Shown: in pieces, positions 37,162-49,296 of the stretch
Numbering within the stretch: position 1 is the stretch's first letter
Layout of the letters: every line of letters starts with the position of its first letter
Origin: Hypanus sabinus
Taxonomy: Eukaryota
Assembly: GCF_030144855.1 (NCBI RefSeq)
Contig: NC_082717.1
Coordinates: 5,518,001-5,582,000, forward strand
Direction: 5' to 3'
DNA length: 64,000 nt
The notes under the pieces: model-generated
Database searches by the model: none
What the model saw: only the letters and a program-made list of their open reading frames with translations
What the model was told of the DNA's origin: nothing
Position numbers and translations under genes: made by a program

Positions 37162-40026
37162 CTATAATGTAAGGGAGAATATTGCTACTTCAAGCCCAGC
37201 TTGAGGGGTGGTTGGATGGAGTTGCTGTGTGGGGAAAGTGGTCTTGAACAGCGTTGCAGAGAGACAGAGGTGGAAAGAACAAGCCCTGTCTACAGAATTC
37301 CTCTGACAGTCGAGGGTAGGAGCCAAGTCTCCACCTTACCCTTGTCAAAGCCGGCAAGGTCTCGTTGCACTTCTGAAAGCACCGACAGTGAGGAATTGTT
37401 GGAAACTATTAACATTCAAAACACAACTCTGCAAAACTGAAAATATTTCTAAAATTACAGAAATACTTAAAGTTAGAACTTCACTCACCTGAACACTGAA
37501 CTGATTGCACAGACTATGGATCACTTCCAAGAACTATACAGCTCCTGCTGACACTGATATTTATTTACAGTGGATTCTGGTTAATCAGATCACATTGGGA
37601 TCAGTACATTTTGGCTCAATTCAGTGCCTGCCCCATTAGCTGAAGTTTCAATGAAATGGTTAAAACTGTATAAAAAGACAACACACTGCTTAACTCAGTG
37701 ACAAATTATGTATTTAAATGAGATACAGAACAAGTTAAAAGACTTCCTACACTACCAGAATACAATAAAACTGTGTATTGTTTCCTAACAGTTATCGACA
37801 CTCAGTCTACACTGCCATGTTCTTTTCATTGACTGTAAATGAGCAAAATTAGCACAGACACCTCCTGCAGTTAATTGGATACCATCAGACATTGATTCAA
37901 CTGTTGCATTCTCCAAATCACAAACAAGAGAAAATCTGTAGAAGCTGGAAATCCGAGCAACACATACAAAATGCCGCAGGAACACAGCAGGCCGGGCAGC
38001 ATCTATGGAAAAAAAGCACAGTCAACGTTTTGGGCTGAAACCCTTTGGCAGGACTGGAGAAAAATGCTGAGGAGTAGATTTGAAAGGTGGGGTGGGGGAG
38101 GGGAGAGATACACCAGGCTATCGGTGAAACTTGGAGGAGGAGGAATGAAGCAAAAAGCTAGGAAGTTGATTGGACTGTTCGGCAATGGTCTCCCGTCCCG
38201 TGAAGTGGCACACTGTCCAAATAAATGAAGGGAATTCTGACCATTTTCACAATTACATTTTGTTCTTCAAGAGTTGTCCCAAATAAGTGGTTGCCCCAAT
38301 TATCTGATGTCCCAATTCACGGGAATCCACTGTATTTATTTATTTATTGTTAAGTGGGTTTTTTGTCTCGGTTTGTCTGTAGTTTTCACTGGTTTGAATG
38401 GATTTCTTTGTTCTTCTGTGAATGCCTGCAAGAAAATGAATCTCGGGGTTGTATATGGTGACATATACATACTTTGATAATAAATTTACTTTGAAATTTG
38501 AGTGTACCAGTGTATTATGTTGCAGTTGTAAAAAACCATAAGAACATAAGGCACAGGAGCAGAATTAGGCCATTCAGCCCATTGTATCTGCTCCGCCATT
38601 CCATCATGGCTGATCCAGGATCCCACTCAACCCCATACACTTGCCATCTCGCCATATCCTGTGATGCCCTGACCGATCAGGAAACAATCAACTTCGGCTT
38701 TTAATATACGCACGGACTTTGTCTCCACTGCAGTCTGTGGCAGAGCATTCCACAGGTTCACTGCCCTCTGGCTAGAAAAATTCCTCTTTACATATGTTCT
38801 AAAAGGTCACCCCTCAATTCTGAGGCTGTATCCTTTAGTTCTGGATACCCCCACTACACGATATTTCACATCCACTGTATCTTGTCCTCTCAACATTCAG
38901 CAGGTTTCAATGAGATTCCCCCCACATTCTTCTAAACTCCGGTAAGGACAGGTTCAAAATTGCCAAACACTCCTCATATATTAACCCCTTCATTCCTCGT
39001 GAACCTCCTTTGGACGTTGGTGAGGCTGCACTTGGATAACTCTGTTGTTCTGGTTAAGTTGGGGAGAGTACATTGCAGATTTCCCAGGATGTTGCCAGGA
39101 CTAGAGGACCTGGGTTATCAAAGTACTTCAAAGTAAATGTATTATCTCAGTATATTAATGTCACCATATACAACCCTGAGATTCATTCATGTGGAGAGGG
39201 TGGTCAGACAAAGTCTTTATTGCTTTGAATGTTGGACAAGAGAGCATGATTTGATAGAAGTGTTTAAAATTTTGAGAGGCAAAGCTAAAGTGGACAGTAA
39301 CAGTCCTTTCCCCAGGGTAAGGTGGTCCAGTACAAAAGGGGATAGGTTTAGGCTGAGAGGGATGAGATTTAAAAGGGACCTGAGGGACAACTGTTTCACA
39401 CAGATGGTGGTGAGTCATAGAGTGATGGAATACTGCAGCACAGAAACAGGTCATTCAGCCCATCTAGACTGTGTTGAACTATTAATCTGCCTAATCCCAT
39501 TGACCTGGAACATATCCCTGCATACCCTTCCCATCCATGTACCCACCTAAATTTCTCTCAAACTGGCTTTTAAAACACTTTTCAAAGAAAAGTATCTAAA
39601 TGAAAAGAAAAAAAAAATTCAATGTCATTAATCTGGTCAGATTGTCAGGGTGTGGAGGAAACTGAAAGGGAGTTCAGGAGCCAGAGATCTGGGTGAGTGG
39701 ACGGGGAAGGTGTCAAACATCACCTCATGAACCAGATGGGGAACCAAGGGAAGATGGTGGATTATTGGGCTGTTCCTGAATATTCTGTAATTTCTTTACA
39801 TTTCTCCATCACGGGACATTGATGTCACTGTTCACGCTGATATTTATTCTCCATCCCTAAGTACCCCTCAGCTCTGCAGGCAGTGAATCTTTATCCACGT
39901 TCAGTTTGGACCATTTTTTATAAACTTGTAATAATGCCTGTTTCTGTGAAACTGAACTTACAGTATCATGGTTTCTCATTGATACAGGCACATGACTGGA
40001 AAACAGAACCAACATGAAGTACTCAC

Positions 40027-40389
40027 TGGTCACGTTCAGCTGGGTTCCATTTCCAAAGACCGAGCCCCAAATGCCACAGATGTAAAGTTTAGAGTCAGTG
40101 ATCCTCACGTTGCTGATGGTCAGTGAGTAGCTGTTAGTGGTGACATTCCTGGAAAGCTGAAATCGATCGGAGAAGCCTCGTGATCTGTTAACGTGGGCAG
40201 TACTGTAAAGACTAAGGACGATTTCTCTATCTGTCAGATTATTGTGTGAGTTGTACCAGTTTACAGTGTATTTATCCACAGTGTAATCCACATTGTCACT
40301 CTCCAGGACACACTGTATCAGCACCGTTCCACCTTCACGCACCTTCACAACTCCTGGTGATTGGATCAGGACTGTCTCTGCATTTACAC
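40027..40389 (-). CDS. V3: single-exon VJ-type IgSF domain, presumed ectodomain of an ITAM-bearing receptor
   Basis: Acceptor ttgtttactgcccacag, donor A|gtgagt, 363 nt, phase 1-1. Translation GVNAETVLIQSPG...IQC...VNWY...RGFSDRFQLSRNVTTNSYSLTISNVRITDSKLYICGIWGSVFGNGTQLNVT has the B-strand Cys, C-strand Trp, DSxxYxC and a J-like FGNGTQLxV in one exon. Confidence 0.92.
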
Positions 40390-40805
40390 CTGTGGGCAGT
40401 AAACAACTGAAGGTCAGAGAAGAGCCGGACCCAGGGGATACCACGTCAGTACCAAACCGGTCCAGGGCAGAGTGGGACTGACCACACGTGATGACCAGTT
40501 GGCACCGATGTTCTGATGGGCTGAATCGTGGATTGGAGACGGGCCTGAAGAATAAACTTGGGCTGAAGGTCACAGAGTCATGGACTTGTACAACACAGAA
40601 ATGGGCCGTTCTGTGCAACAGGTCCCTGCTCACCAGATATTTATCTCAACTGGTCCTATTTCCCTGAGTTGGGTCCATAATCCCTCTAAAGTTTACTGTC
40701 CACGTTCTTGTTCTCATGTGTTTTAAATGTTGTAATTGGACCCCCTCTATGACTTCCTCTGACAATTTGTTCTATATATTCACCCTTATACTGAACTTCT
40801 GTACT

Positions 40806-41560
40806 TCTCTGATGAGATTGCTTTGAAATGAAGGCAGAATTACGTCTGAGCAGAAGGTTGGGCAGATTTGTGGACGGTTTGAAGATAGATGGATGGGGAG
40901 GTAGTGTTGAGGAAGCAGTGAGATGACAGAAGTTCTGCACAAATCTCACTCTGTTGGGAATATTTTACATCCCCAATCCTTCCCACCCCAATAGTCATTG
41001 GGACACTGAAGAGCAGATAAATAGGCAGATTTTTTGGAAAGGTGTTATTTTCATCATATAATTCATTGACATACAATATAAAAAACTAGTCACCAGCAAC
41101 CAATCCAAAAAGGATTCCTTTATTCCCACCCTTTGCCTTCTCCCAATCAGCAAATGCTCCAATCATGCTAATATCTTTCCTGTAATACTTGGGCTCTTAT
41201 TATTCTTCAGCAACCTTGTCAAAACCTCTGAAAATCCAAGTACACAACATCATCGATTCTTCTCTATCTATCCTGCTTGTTATTTCTTCAAGGAAATTCC
41301 AACAGATTTTTCGGGCAATATTTTCCCTTATGGAAACCATGCTGACTGCAGCCTATTTTATAATGTGCCTCCCAGTACCCCGAGACCTCATCCTTAATAA
41401 TCGACTCCAACATCTTCCCAACCACTGAGATCAGGCTAACTGGCCTATAATTTCATTTCTTCTGCCTCTCTCCCTTCTTGAAGAGTGGAGTGCTCATCTG
41501 AGAGTCTCTGATGAGATTGCTTTGAAATGAAGGCAGAATTACGTCTGAGCAGAAGGTTGG
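40806..41560 (+). repeat. Perfect 56-bp direct repeat flanking a CR1 patchwork
   Basis: 40806-40861 is identical to 41505-41560 (tctctgatgagattgc...cagaaggttgg). Confidence 0.9.
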
Positions 41561-42689
41561 ACTGAGGGCTGGTTTGTGCCTGTGAAAGGAGGTGAGGGTA
41601 AATGGGGTGAGTAGTGAGGGCATGTAGCATTTAGGCAGGGCATGGTCACACAGTCCTGTAGGAAGCAGGTGTTGGACAAAGAAAACTAAGGCAATAATGT
41701 TCAAACAAACCTCTCACTATACCATGTGTCCTGTACATGGCCTCCAGTGAATTGATTTTCTACCTAGATTCTTTTCTATGCTATAGATGCATGAGAAAAG
41801 GAGCAACTGGAGGCCATGCAGTCCCTCATGCTGATCTGCTGTTCAGCGACATCATGGCTGATGTTTCAACATATTGCACTTTATCCCTATCGTTTGTTCA
41901 GCTTCATATATAAAGCTATATTGCTGTCTGTTGAATTTACTGAGTACCTTTGTCTGGAAATCTTGGGGTTCAGGCACAGAGTTCCCTGAAACAGTATAGG
42001 ACGGTGAAGACAGTGTTTGGCATGTTTGTCTTCATTGATCAGGGTACTGAGTGCAAGAGTTGGGAGGTCATGTAACAAGATGCTGGTGAGACCACACATG
42101 GACAAGTTGTACAGATTTGGTCATCATCTCTAAGGTCATTATATGGAGCTTAAACAGTGGCCAATCTGAATTGAAAGGCGAAAAGTAACGGTAAATACAA
42201 AAGTCTGTAGATACTTGAAATCCAGAGTAACACAAACAAAATGCTGGAGGAACTCAGCAAGCCAGGCAGCATCTACGGATAGGTATAAACAGTCAACATT
42301 TTGGACCAAAACACTTTATCGTGTCTGAAAAGGAAGGGGGAATGTGCTAGCATAAAAGAGATTGATAAAAGTTGACAGATGAAGGCAGGCAGGTGGGAAA
42401 GGTAAAGGGTTGGGGATGAAGGAGTCTGATAGGAGAGGAGAGTGAAACACAGGAGTAAGGGAAGAAGGAGGGGATCCAGGAGGAGGTGATAGGCATGTGA
42501 GAAGAGGTGAAGACCAAAGTGGCAAATAGAAGAAGAGGGGAAGGGGAGTGAATTTTTTTTACCAGAAGAAGAAAACAATATTCACGCCATCATGTTGGAG
42601 GCTACCCAGACAGTATATAAGGTGTTGCTCCTTCACCCTGAGGTGGAGGAGTAAAATAAAGGTGACCTCACCCAGGTGAAGGAGGGAGC

Positions 42690-44340
42690 TTGAAAAATTT
42701 GGGCTTTATAGTCATTTTTTACTTTGGCCCTGATTTCGCTTATCAACCATGATGGTGTCCTTCTTCCATTTGAAAATGTCTTCTTGTTTGGAATATATCT
42801 GTCTGTCACGTCCCTCGTTTTCTGCAGAATCTCCTGCTCTGCTGTCCTTCCTGCTAGTGTCCTTTCCAGTCAACTTTGGCCAGTTCCTCTCTCATGCCAA
42901 TATAATATTGTTTATTCCACTGACACACTGGCATTTACTTTCTCCTTCTCAAATTTCAAAGTTAGATCGATCATATTGTGTTCACTCTTCCCTAAGGGTT
43001 CCTTAACCTTAACCTCTCTTATCATCTCTGGATCCCTGCACAACACCCAATCCAGCACAGCTGATCCCCTAGTGGGCTCAACAACAAGCTGTTCTAAAAA
43101 GCCATCCCTTAGACAATCTACAAGTTCTATCTCTTGAGGTCCAGTACTGGCCTGGTTTTCCCAATCCACTTTCATGTTAAAATCACAGATCATTATCATT
43201 ATATTGCCCTTCTGACATGCCTTGTCTATCTCCCTCTGTAATTTTTTATCCACTTCCCGGCTGCTGTTTGGAGGCCTGTATACACTGCCATTAGGGTCCT
43301 TTTGCCCTTGCCATTTCGTAACTCAACTCCTAAAGACTCTACACCTTCCAATCCTATGTCATCCCGCTCTAATGATTTAAAATTATTTCTTATACACAAG
43401 GCCACACCACCCCCTGAGTCTACTAACTTATCTAACTGATCTTTCTGATGGCAGCCATTCTTTAGCCAAGTTTCAGAGATGGCTACAACATCATATCTGC
43501 CAATCTGTAGATGAATTTCAAGATCATCTGTTCTATTTCTAATGCTGCGTGCATTTGAATATAACACTTTCCGTCCAGTATTTGTTGCTTTCTGTTTTAA
43601 CTGCACCATTCCTCTTTTGCCCTGTAACTCAAACCACTGTCTGTAATTATGCCTCACCTCCTGCCTGTCATTACTATATTCTCTGTTACACATTATTTTT
43701 GATTTGTTTCTGATTTCCTCTTCCTCAGCCCGATCACTCCGGTTCCCATCCTCATGCCAAATGAGTTTGAACCCGCCCTAACAGCTCCATTAAAACTGCC
43801 TGCTGGAATATTGGAGCTCTTTGGATTCAGGTATAAAACATCCTTTTTGTACAGGTTGTACCTCCCTCAGAAGAGGCCCCAATGAACCAGGAACCCAAAG
43901 CCCTTCTCCCTACACCAGTCTCTCAGCCACACATTAACATGCCTGATCATGCTATTTTTGAGCTTATTAACACTTGGCACAGGCAGCAATCCTGGGATTA
44001 CTACCCTGGAGCTCTTGCTTTTCAGCTTCCTACCCAACTCCCTGAATTCTCTCTTCAGGACCTCCTCACTTTTTCTACCTATGTCATTGTTACCAATGTG
44101 TACCAAGACTTCTGACTGTTCATCCTCTCCCTTCAGAATACTCTGCATTCAATCCAAGACATCCAATACCCTGGCACCTGGGAGGCAACACACCTTATGG
44201 GTATCTCTATCAGGCTGACAAAACCTCCTACCTGGTCCCCTCATTATGGAATCCCCTATGACTACCTCATTCCTCATCTTCTTCTCTCCCTTCAGCAATA
44301 CGGAACCAGGCTCAATGCCAGAGACCCGTGGTGAGGTCAA
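42690..44340 (-). mobile_element. CR1 5' half (ORF1 esterase and endonuclease remnants)
   Basis: VIGDSIMRG...VCCLPGARV, HIGNNDIG, YDVVAISETWLK and AVLDWVLC motifs. Confidence 0.8.
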
Positions 44341-44443
44341 CAATCTACGGTGGCCCATGGTGTTGTCTAACACTCAGATAATTGTGTTCAGTATACACAG
44401 CAACAAATTATCGATTTATGAAGTCGAAGTCAAATTTATCATC

Positions 44444-45332
44444 TGTTATGATACGGTTACAATGAATTGAGACAGGTTTTTTTTATAAACAAAATAGAAC
44501 ATTTATTAAACACAGCACAATGAAAATAAAAAAGTAAACATCGACTAACTTAACCGGAAGTTAACTGGTATACAGCAATTCAAACAGTTCTTAAAGCAAT
44601 AAATGCGAAAACAGTTCTCGAAGCGATAAATTCAAAAGTCCAAGTGATTTATACAGTCAATTAGGAGAGGCTTTCCTGAAGTAACAAATTCCTCAACAAT
44701 GTGATGTTACTGCAGATCCCAGCCAAAATATGCCTTGCCAGAAGGATTTATGATGAAGGAAATAAAAATGGCTTAAAGGAACTGATCTTTTGTTTTGGTA
44801 AATAATACACTGCCCCAGCCCTTTCTGCTTTCACAATGAAAGGCCTATCTCGGGTTCAGGTTACTACTTCCTGAGCGAAGATCCAACAATGTTGTCCCTG
44901 TATTACTTCCAACGACACCAACTTTACTTGATCCTTCGGGTTCCCGCACTTCGGCAAATCTTCACTCTCCAATACTTAGTCTTTAAATTTAAATCGAAGA
45001 TACATGAAGCACCACTGGCAATGATTTTTGAAACTGCCGGTACAACTTACAATAGAAAGTAAAACTTTGCTTTAAAAACGAAACCAAACACGCAGTAACT
45101 GACGAATTAAACAATGAACAGACCTGCATCACAGCAAGGCTTTCCTGTCTTATGCCTGGTGAAACAGGCCATCACATGGCCTCTCACTGCTGGGAAAATT
45201 ACATCATGTGACCTCATACTGGCGGGAAATTACATCACCCCACCATCACAAAACCATTACATCATGCTCACCAGATAGTCAATTACATCATGGTCATACG
45301 ACAGTCACAAGATACCTACAGGGTATGTAATA
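44444..45332 (-). mobile_element. Solo LTR, ~890 bp
   Basis: TGTT...TGTAATA termini, 4-bp TSD CATC (44440-44443 and 45333-45336), and AATAAA on the - strand near 44505. The paralogous block at ~53170-53200 is uninterrupted. Confidence 0.75.
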
Positions 45333-48300
45333 CATCAAACACACAGTCCATGTTTGCAGAGAGACAATGACAAACTAACTAGCATCACAGGTAAAGAACA
45401 TCAGATAAACAGCATTCACAAAAAAATACAAACATAAATACACCAAATCTAATCAAACATTGCATTTGCTTTCTTCACCACCGACTCAGTCTGCAATTTA
45501 ACCTTTAGAAAATCCTGAAGTAGGATTCCCAAGTCCCTTTGCAACTCTGAATTCTGAATTTGCTCCCCTTTTATTCCTTCTACAAAAGTGTGATGAGCAT
45601 TCACTTCCCCACACTGTTTTCCATCTGCCACTTGTTTGTCCATCTTCCCAATCTCACCAAGTCTTTCTGCAGACTCCTTGTCTCCCAACACTGCCTCTCC
45701 TTCCACCTATCTTTCTATGACCCTCTTCCCATCAATACCATCAAGGAGGAGGGACAAGAGTCAGAAGAGCCACACTCAATGTTTTAGAAACAGTTTCTTT
45801 CCCTCTGCCATCAGAGTTTTGAAGAGTCTCTGAATGCATGAACACAATTTCATTATTTATCTATCACCTTATGTATTAGTTTTTAACTTGTAACAAAGTA
45901 ATTTTTGTACATTGCACTGTACTGCTACCACAAATAAACAAATTTCACAAAGTATGTCAGTGATAATAACCCCATTTAGAAATACAAAAAAAAAACAATA
46001 CAGGGCCTTCGGCCCACAAAGCTGTGCCAAACATGTCCTTACCTTAGAACTATCTAGGCTTACCCATAGACCTCTATTTTTCTAAGCTCCATATATCTAT
46101 CCAGGAGTCTCTTAAAAGACCCTATCGTTTCCACCTCCAAAACCACCACTGGCAGCCCATTCAATACATTCACCACTCTCTGCATAACAAAACATACCCC
46201 TGACATTTAATCTGTACCTACTTCCAAGCATCTTAAAACTATGCCCTCTTGTGCTAGCCATTTTCAGCCCTGGGAAAAACCCTCTGACTATCCATACTAT
46301 CAATGGTTCTCATTATCTTGTACATCTCTATCAGGTCACCTCTCATCCTCCGTCACTCTAAAGAGAAAAGTCAAAGAGTTCACTCAACCTATTCTCATAA
46401 GGCATGCTCCACAATCCAGGCAACATCCTTGTAATTCTTGATTGAATAGGTTGGGACTATATTCCTCAGAATGTAGAAGACTGAGTGGAGATTTTATGAA
46501 GACATACAAAATTAGAAGGGGTATGGACAGGATAAATGCTAGCAAGCTTTTTCCATTAAGTTTGGGTGGGACTACTGCACATGTCATGGGTTGTAGGTGA
46601 AAGGTAAAAACCTTTTAGGGAACACGAGGGGAAACTTCTTCCTTACAGTGTCATGAGAGTGTGGAATGACCTGCCAGTACAAATGGTGCATGCAAGTTTG
46701 ATTTCAGCATTTAAGAGAAGTTTAGAGAGGTACATGGATAGTAGGGATATGGAGGGCTATGATCCCAGTGTAGATCGATGGCAGTAGGCAGTTTATATCA
46801 TTTTGGCATGGACTAGATGGGCCAATGAGCCTGTTTCTGTGCTGTACTTTCTATGACTCCATAAAAGGAATTGTTGATCTTTCAGATTGAAACCCTGCAT
46901 CAGGACTGAGAGGGGAGATGACCAGTTTAAAGGGAGACAGGGAGTGGTGAGGAAGGATACTGAGGTGGGATGTAAAATAGGGATGTGAGCAGGATGTGGA
47001 GTTGGGGGAGACTGTCAGGTGGATTATTGATGAAGGCGGACAAAGAGATAGCCTGGTGCGGGGAGGGGATAGTGAAGGCAGGAGTCAGCTGCTGGAGTGA
47101 GGTGTTTGTGGAGAGGGTGGAGTTTGCACTACTGATCAGAGACAAAATCACAGCTACTCTCACAGGGGACAGAATGGAGATAGTCCAACAAAGGAAGGAC
47201 TGAATTGAACTTGGTGTTGAGTAATGAGCTGGCCAGATAACAATATGAGGGATAGTAGTGAAAAGGAGCCTGATGTTGGAGAATGCAGAGGACATTGTTA
47301 ATGAATGCATCAGAGAGAGGGAAATGAAGACACTGTTAAACAGACTGATATAGTTGAACAGGTCAACATTAAGGAAGGGGATGTGCTGGAACCTTTGAAA
47401 AACATTAGGATTGGTAAGTCCCCAGAGCCAGACAGGATAAACCCCAGATTACCATAGGAAGTGAGGGAATAGATTGCTGCATCTTTGGCGATGACCTTTG
47501 CATCCTCACTGGCCACAAGTTTAGTACCAGATTATTGTATGGTGGAAAATGTTATTCCTTTGTTCAAGAAAGGGAGTTGGGATAATTCTGGGAATTATTG
47601 ACCAGTGAATCTTATTTCAGTGGCATGTAAGGTATTGGAGAAAATTTTTAGAGTAGGATTTATGACCATTTAGAGAAGCATAGTCTAATTAGGGATGGCT
47701 TTCTGGGAGTCAGTTCATGCCTCGCGAGCCTGATTGAACTCTTTGAGGATGTGACAAAGCATATTGATGAAGCTTAATCAGTGGATGTGGTGCAGTTGGG
47801 TTTTAGTGAGACATTTAATAAAATTCTCAAGGTTGACTCATTCAGAAAGTCAGTGGGCATGGGATCCAATTGGATAGCTGAAAGAAGGCAAATGGTGTTG
47901 GATTTGGAGTATATTCTGCCTGGAGGATAGTGGTCAGTTGTGCTCCACAGTGATCAGTGGTGTGATCCTGACTCTTTGTGATTTGTATCAATGACATGGA
48001 TGTGGAAGTGGAAGGGTGGCTTAGTAAGCTTGCAGATGACACAAAGATTGGTGGAGTTGTGGATAGTGTGGAAGGTTGTCATAGGTTGCAGTGGGACATT
48101 GACAGGATGCAGAGATTGGCTAAGAAGTGGCTGATGGAGTTCAACCTGGAAAGGTGTGAAGAAATTCATTTGGGATGTTTGAATTTGAAGGCAAAGTACA
48201 CAATTAATGGCAGAGTTCTTAGTAGTGTTGAAAGATAAAGTGATTTTGGTGTCCACATCTAGAGATCCCTTAAATTTGTCACAGAGGTTGATCAGGTTAT

Positions 48301-49296
48301 TAAGAAGTGTGTTGGCCTTCATGAGTCCCGAGATTGAGTTCAAGAGCGCGAGGTGAGACCGCACTTGGAATGTTGTGTTCAGTCCCAGTCTTCACATTAC
48401 AGGTTTAGAGAGAGTACAGAGGAGATTCACCAGGATGCTGCTAACACTTTAAGGCATGTCATAGGAAAACAAGTTGAGTGAAGGAGAATGAAAGCTGGCT
48501 GGAAGGAGATGTACAAGATGGTAAGATGTACAGATCAAGTGATTAGGCAGAGACTATTCCCCAGGACAAAATGACGAATGCAAGGGGCATTATTTTAAGG
48601 TAATTTCGGGAACGTAGAGAGAAGTAAGTAATTTACACAGAGAGTGGTTGGTGCAGGAAACACCCTGCCATTGTTGGTGGTAGAGGCAGATATATTAGGG
48701 CATTTAAGAGCCTCATAGATGTGCACATGGATGACAAAAGAATGATTTGATTGATCTTAGATTTTGTTCTGCGCAGTCATGTTCTATGCGAGAAAACCTA
48801 CTCAGACATCTCCCTATACTGTCCTTTAATCATAATGTTATGCTTTCATCACCTGAAAACTTGCTCCAAAGAGAAAAATCCTAGGTTAGAATCATAGAAA
48901 CATAGAAAACCAATAGCATAATACAGACCCTTTGGCCCACAAAGCTGTGTCGAACATATACTTAACTTAGAAATTACCTAGGGTTACCTATAGCCCTCTA
49001 TTGTTCAGTGCTACATGTACCTGTCCAGGAGTCTCTTAAAAGAACCTATCATATCCGCCTCCACCACTGTCACCAGCAACCCATTCCATGCACTCACCAC
49101 TCTCTGCGTAAAAAACTTACCCCGACATCTCCTCTGTACCTAATTCCAAGTACCTTGAAACTGTGCTTTCTCGAGCTTTCCCATTTCAGCCCTGGGAAAA
49201 AGCCTCTGACTATCCACACAATCAATGCCTCTTTAAGTATTCTTAAAGGTTACTCAAACCTTTCCTCATAAGACAAGTTCTCAAGGCAGATCCTGA

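Noticed and set aside
6813-40389. Calling the V exons germline-joined Ig light chain or TCR genes
   Set aside because: I found no C1 exon in the window, two of three lack the F of FGxG, CDR3 is extremely short, and the only downstream exons found encode a TM and ITAM.
39857-40633. 258-aa ORF as a single-exon gene
   Set aside because: It has a non-ATG start and no signal peptide. The central part is a normal spliced V exon and the flanks are open intron sequence.
40806-40861. CTGATGA...GAAA in the 56-bp repeat as a hammerhead ribozyme
   Set aside because: No convincing stems II or III and no cleavage triplet could be paired.
41600-41830. Leader-intron-exon-like arrangement on - (GLQLLLFSCIYSIEKNL|G LCDHAL)
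   Set aside because: No in-frame ATG, and the downstream exon has no Ig features or usable donor.
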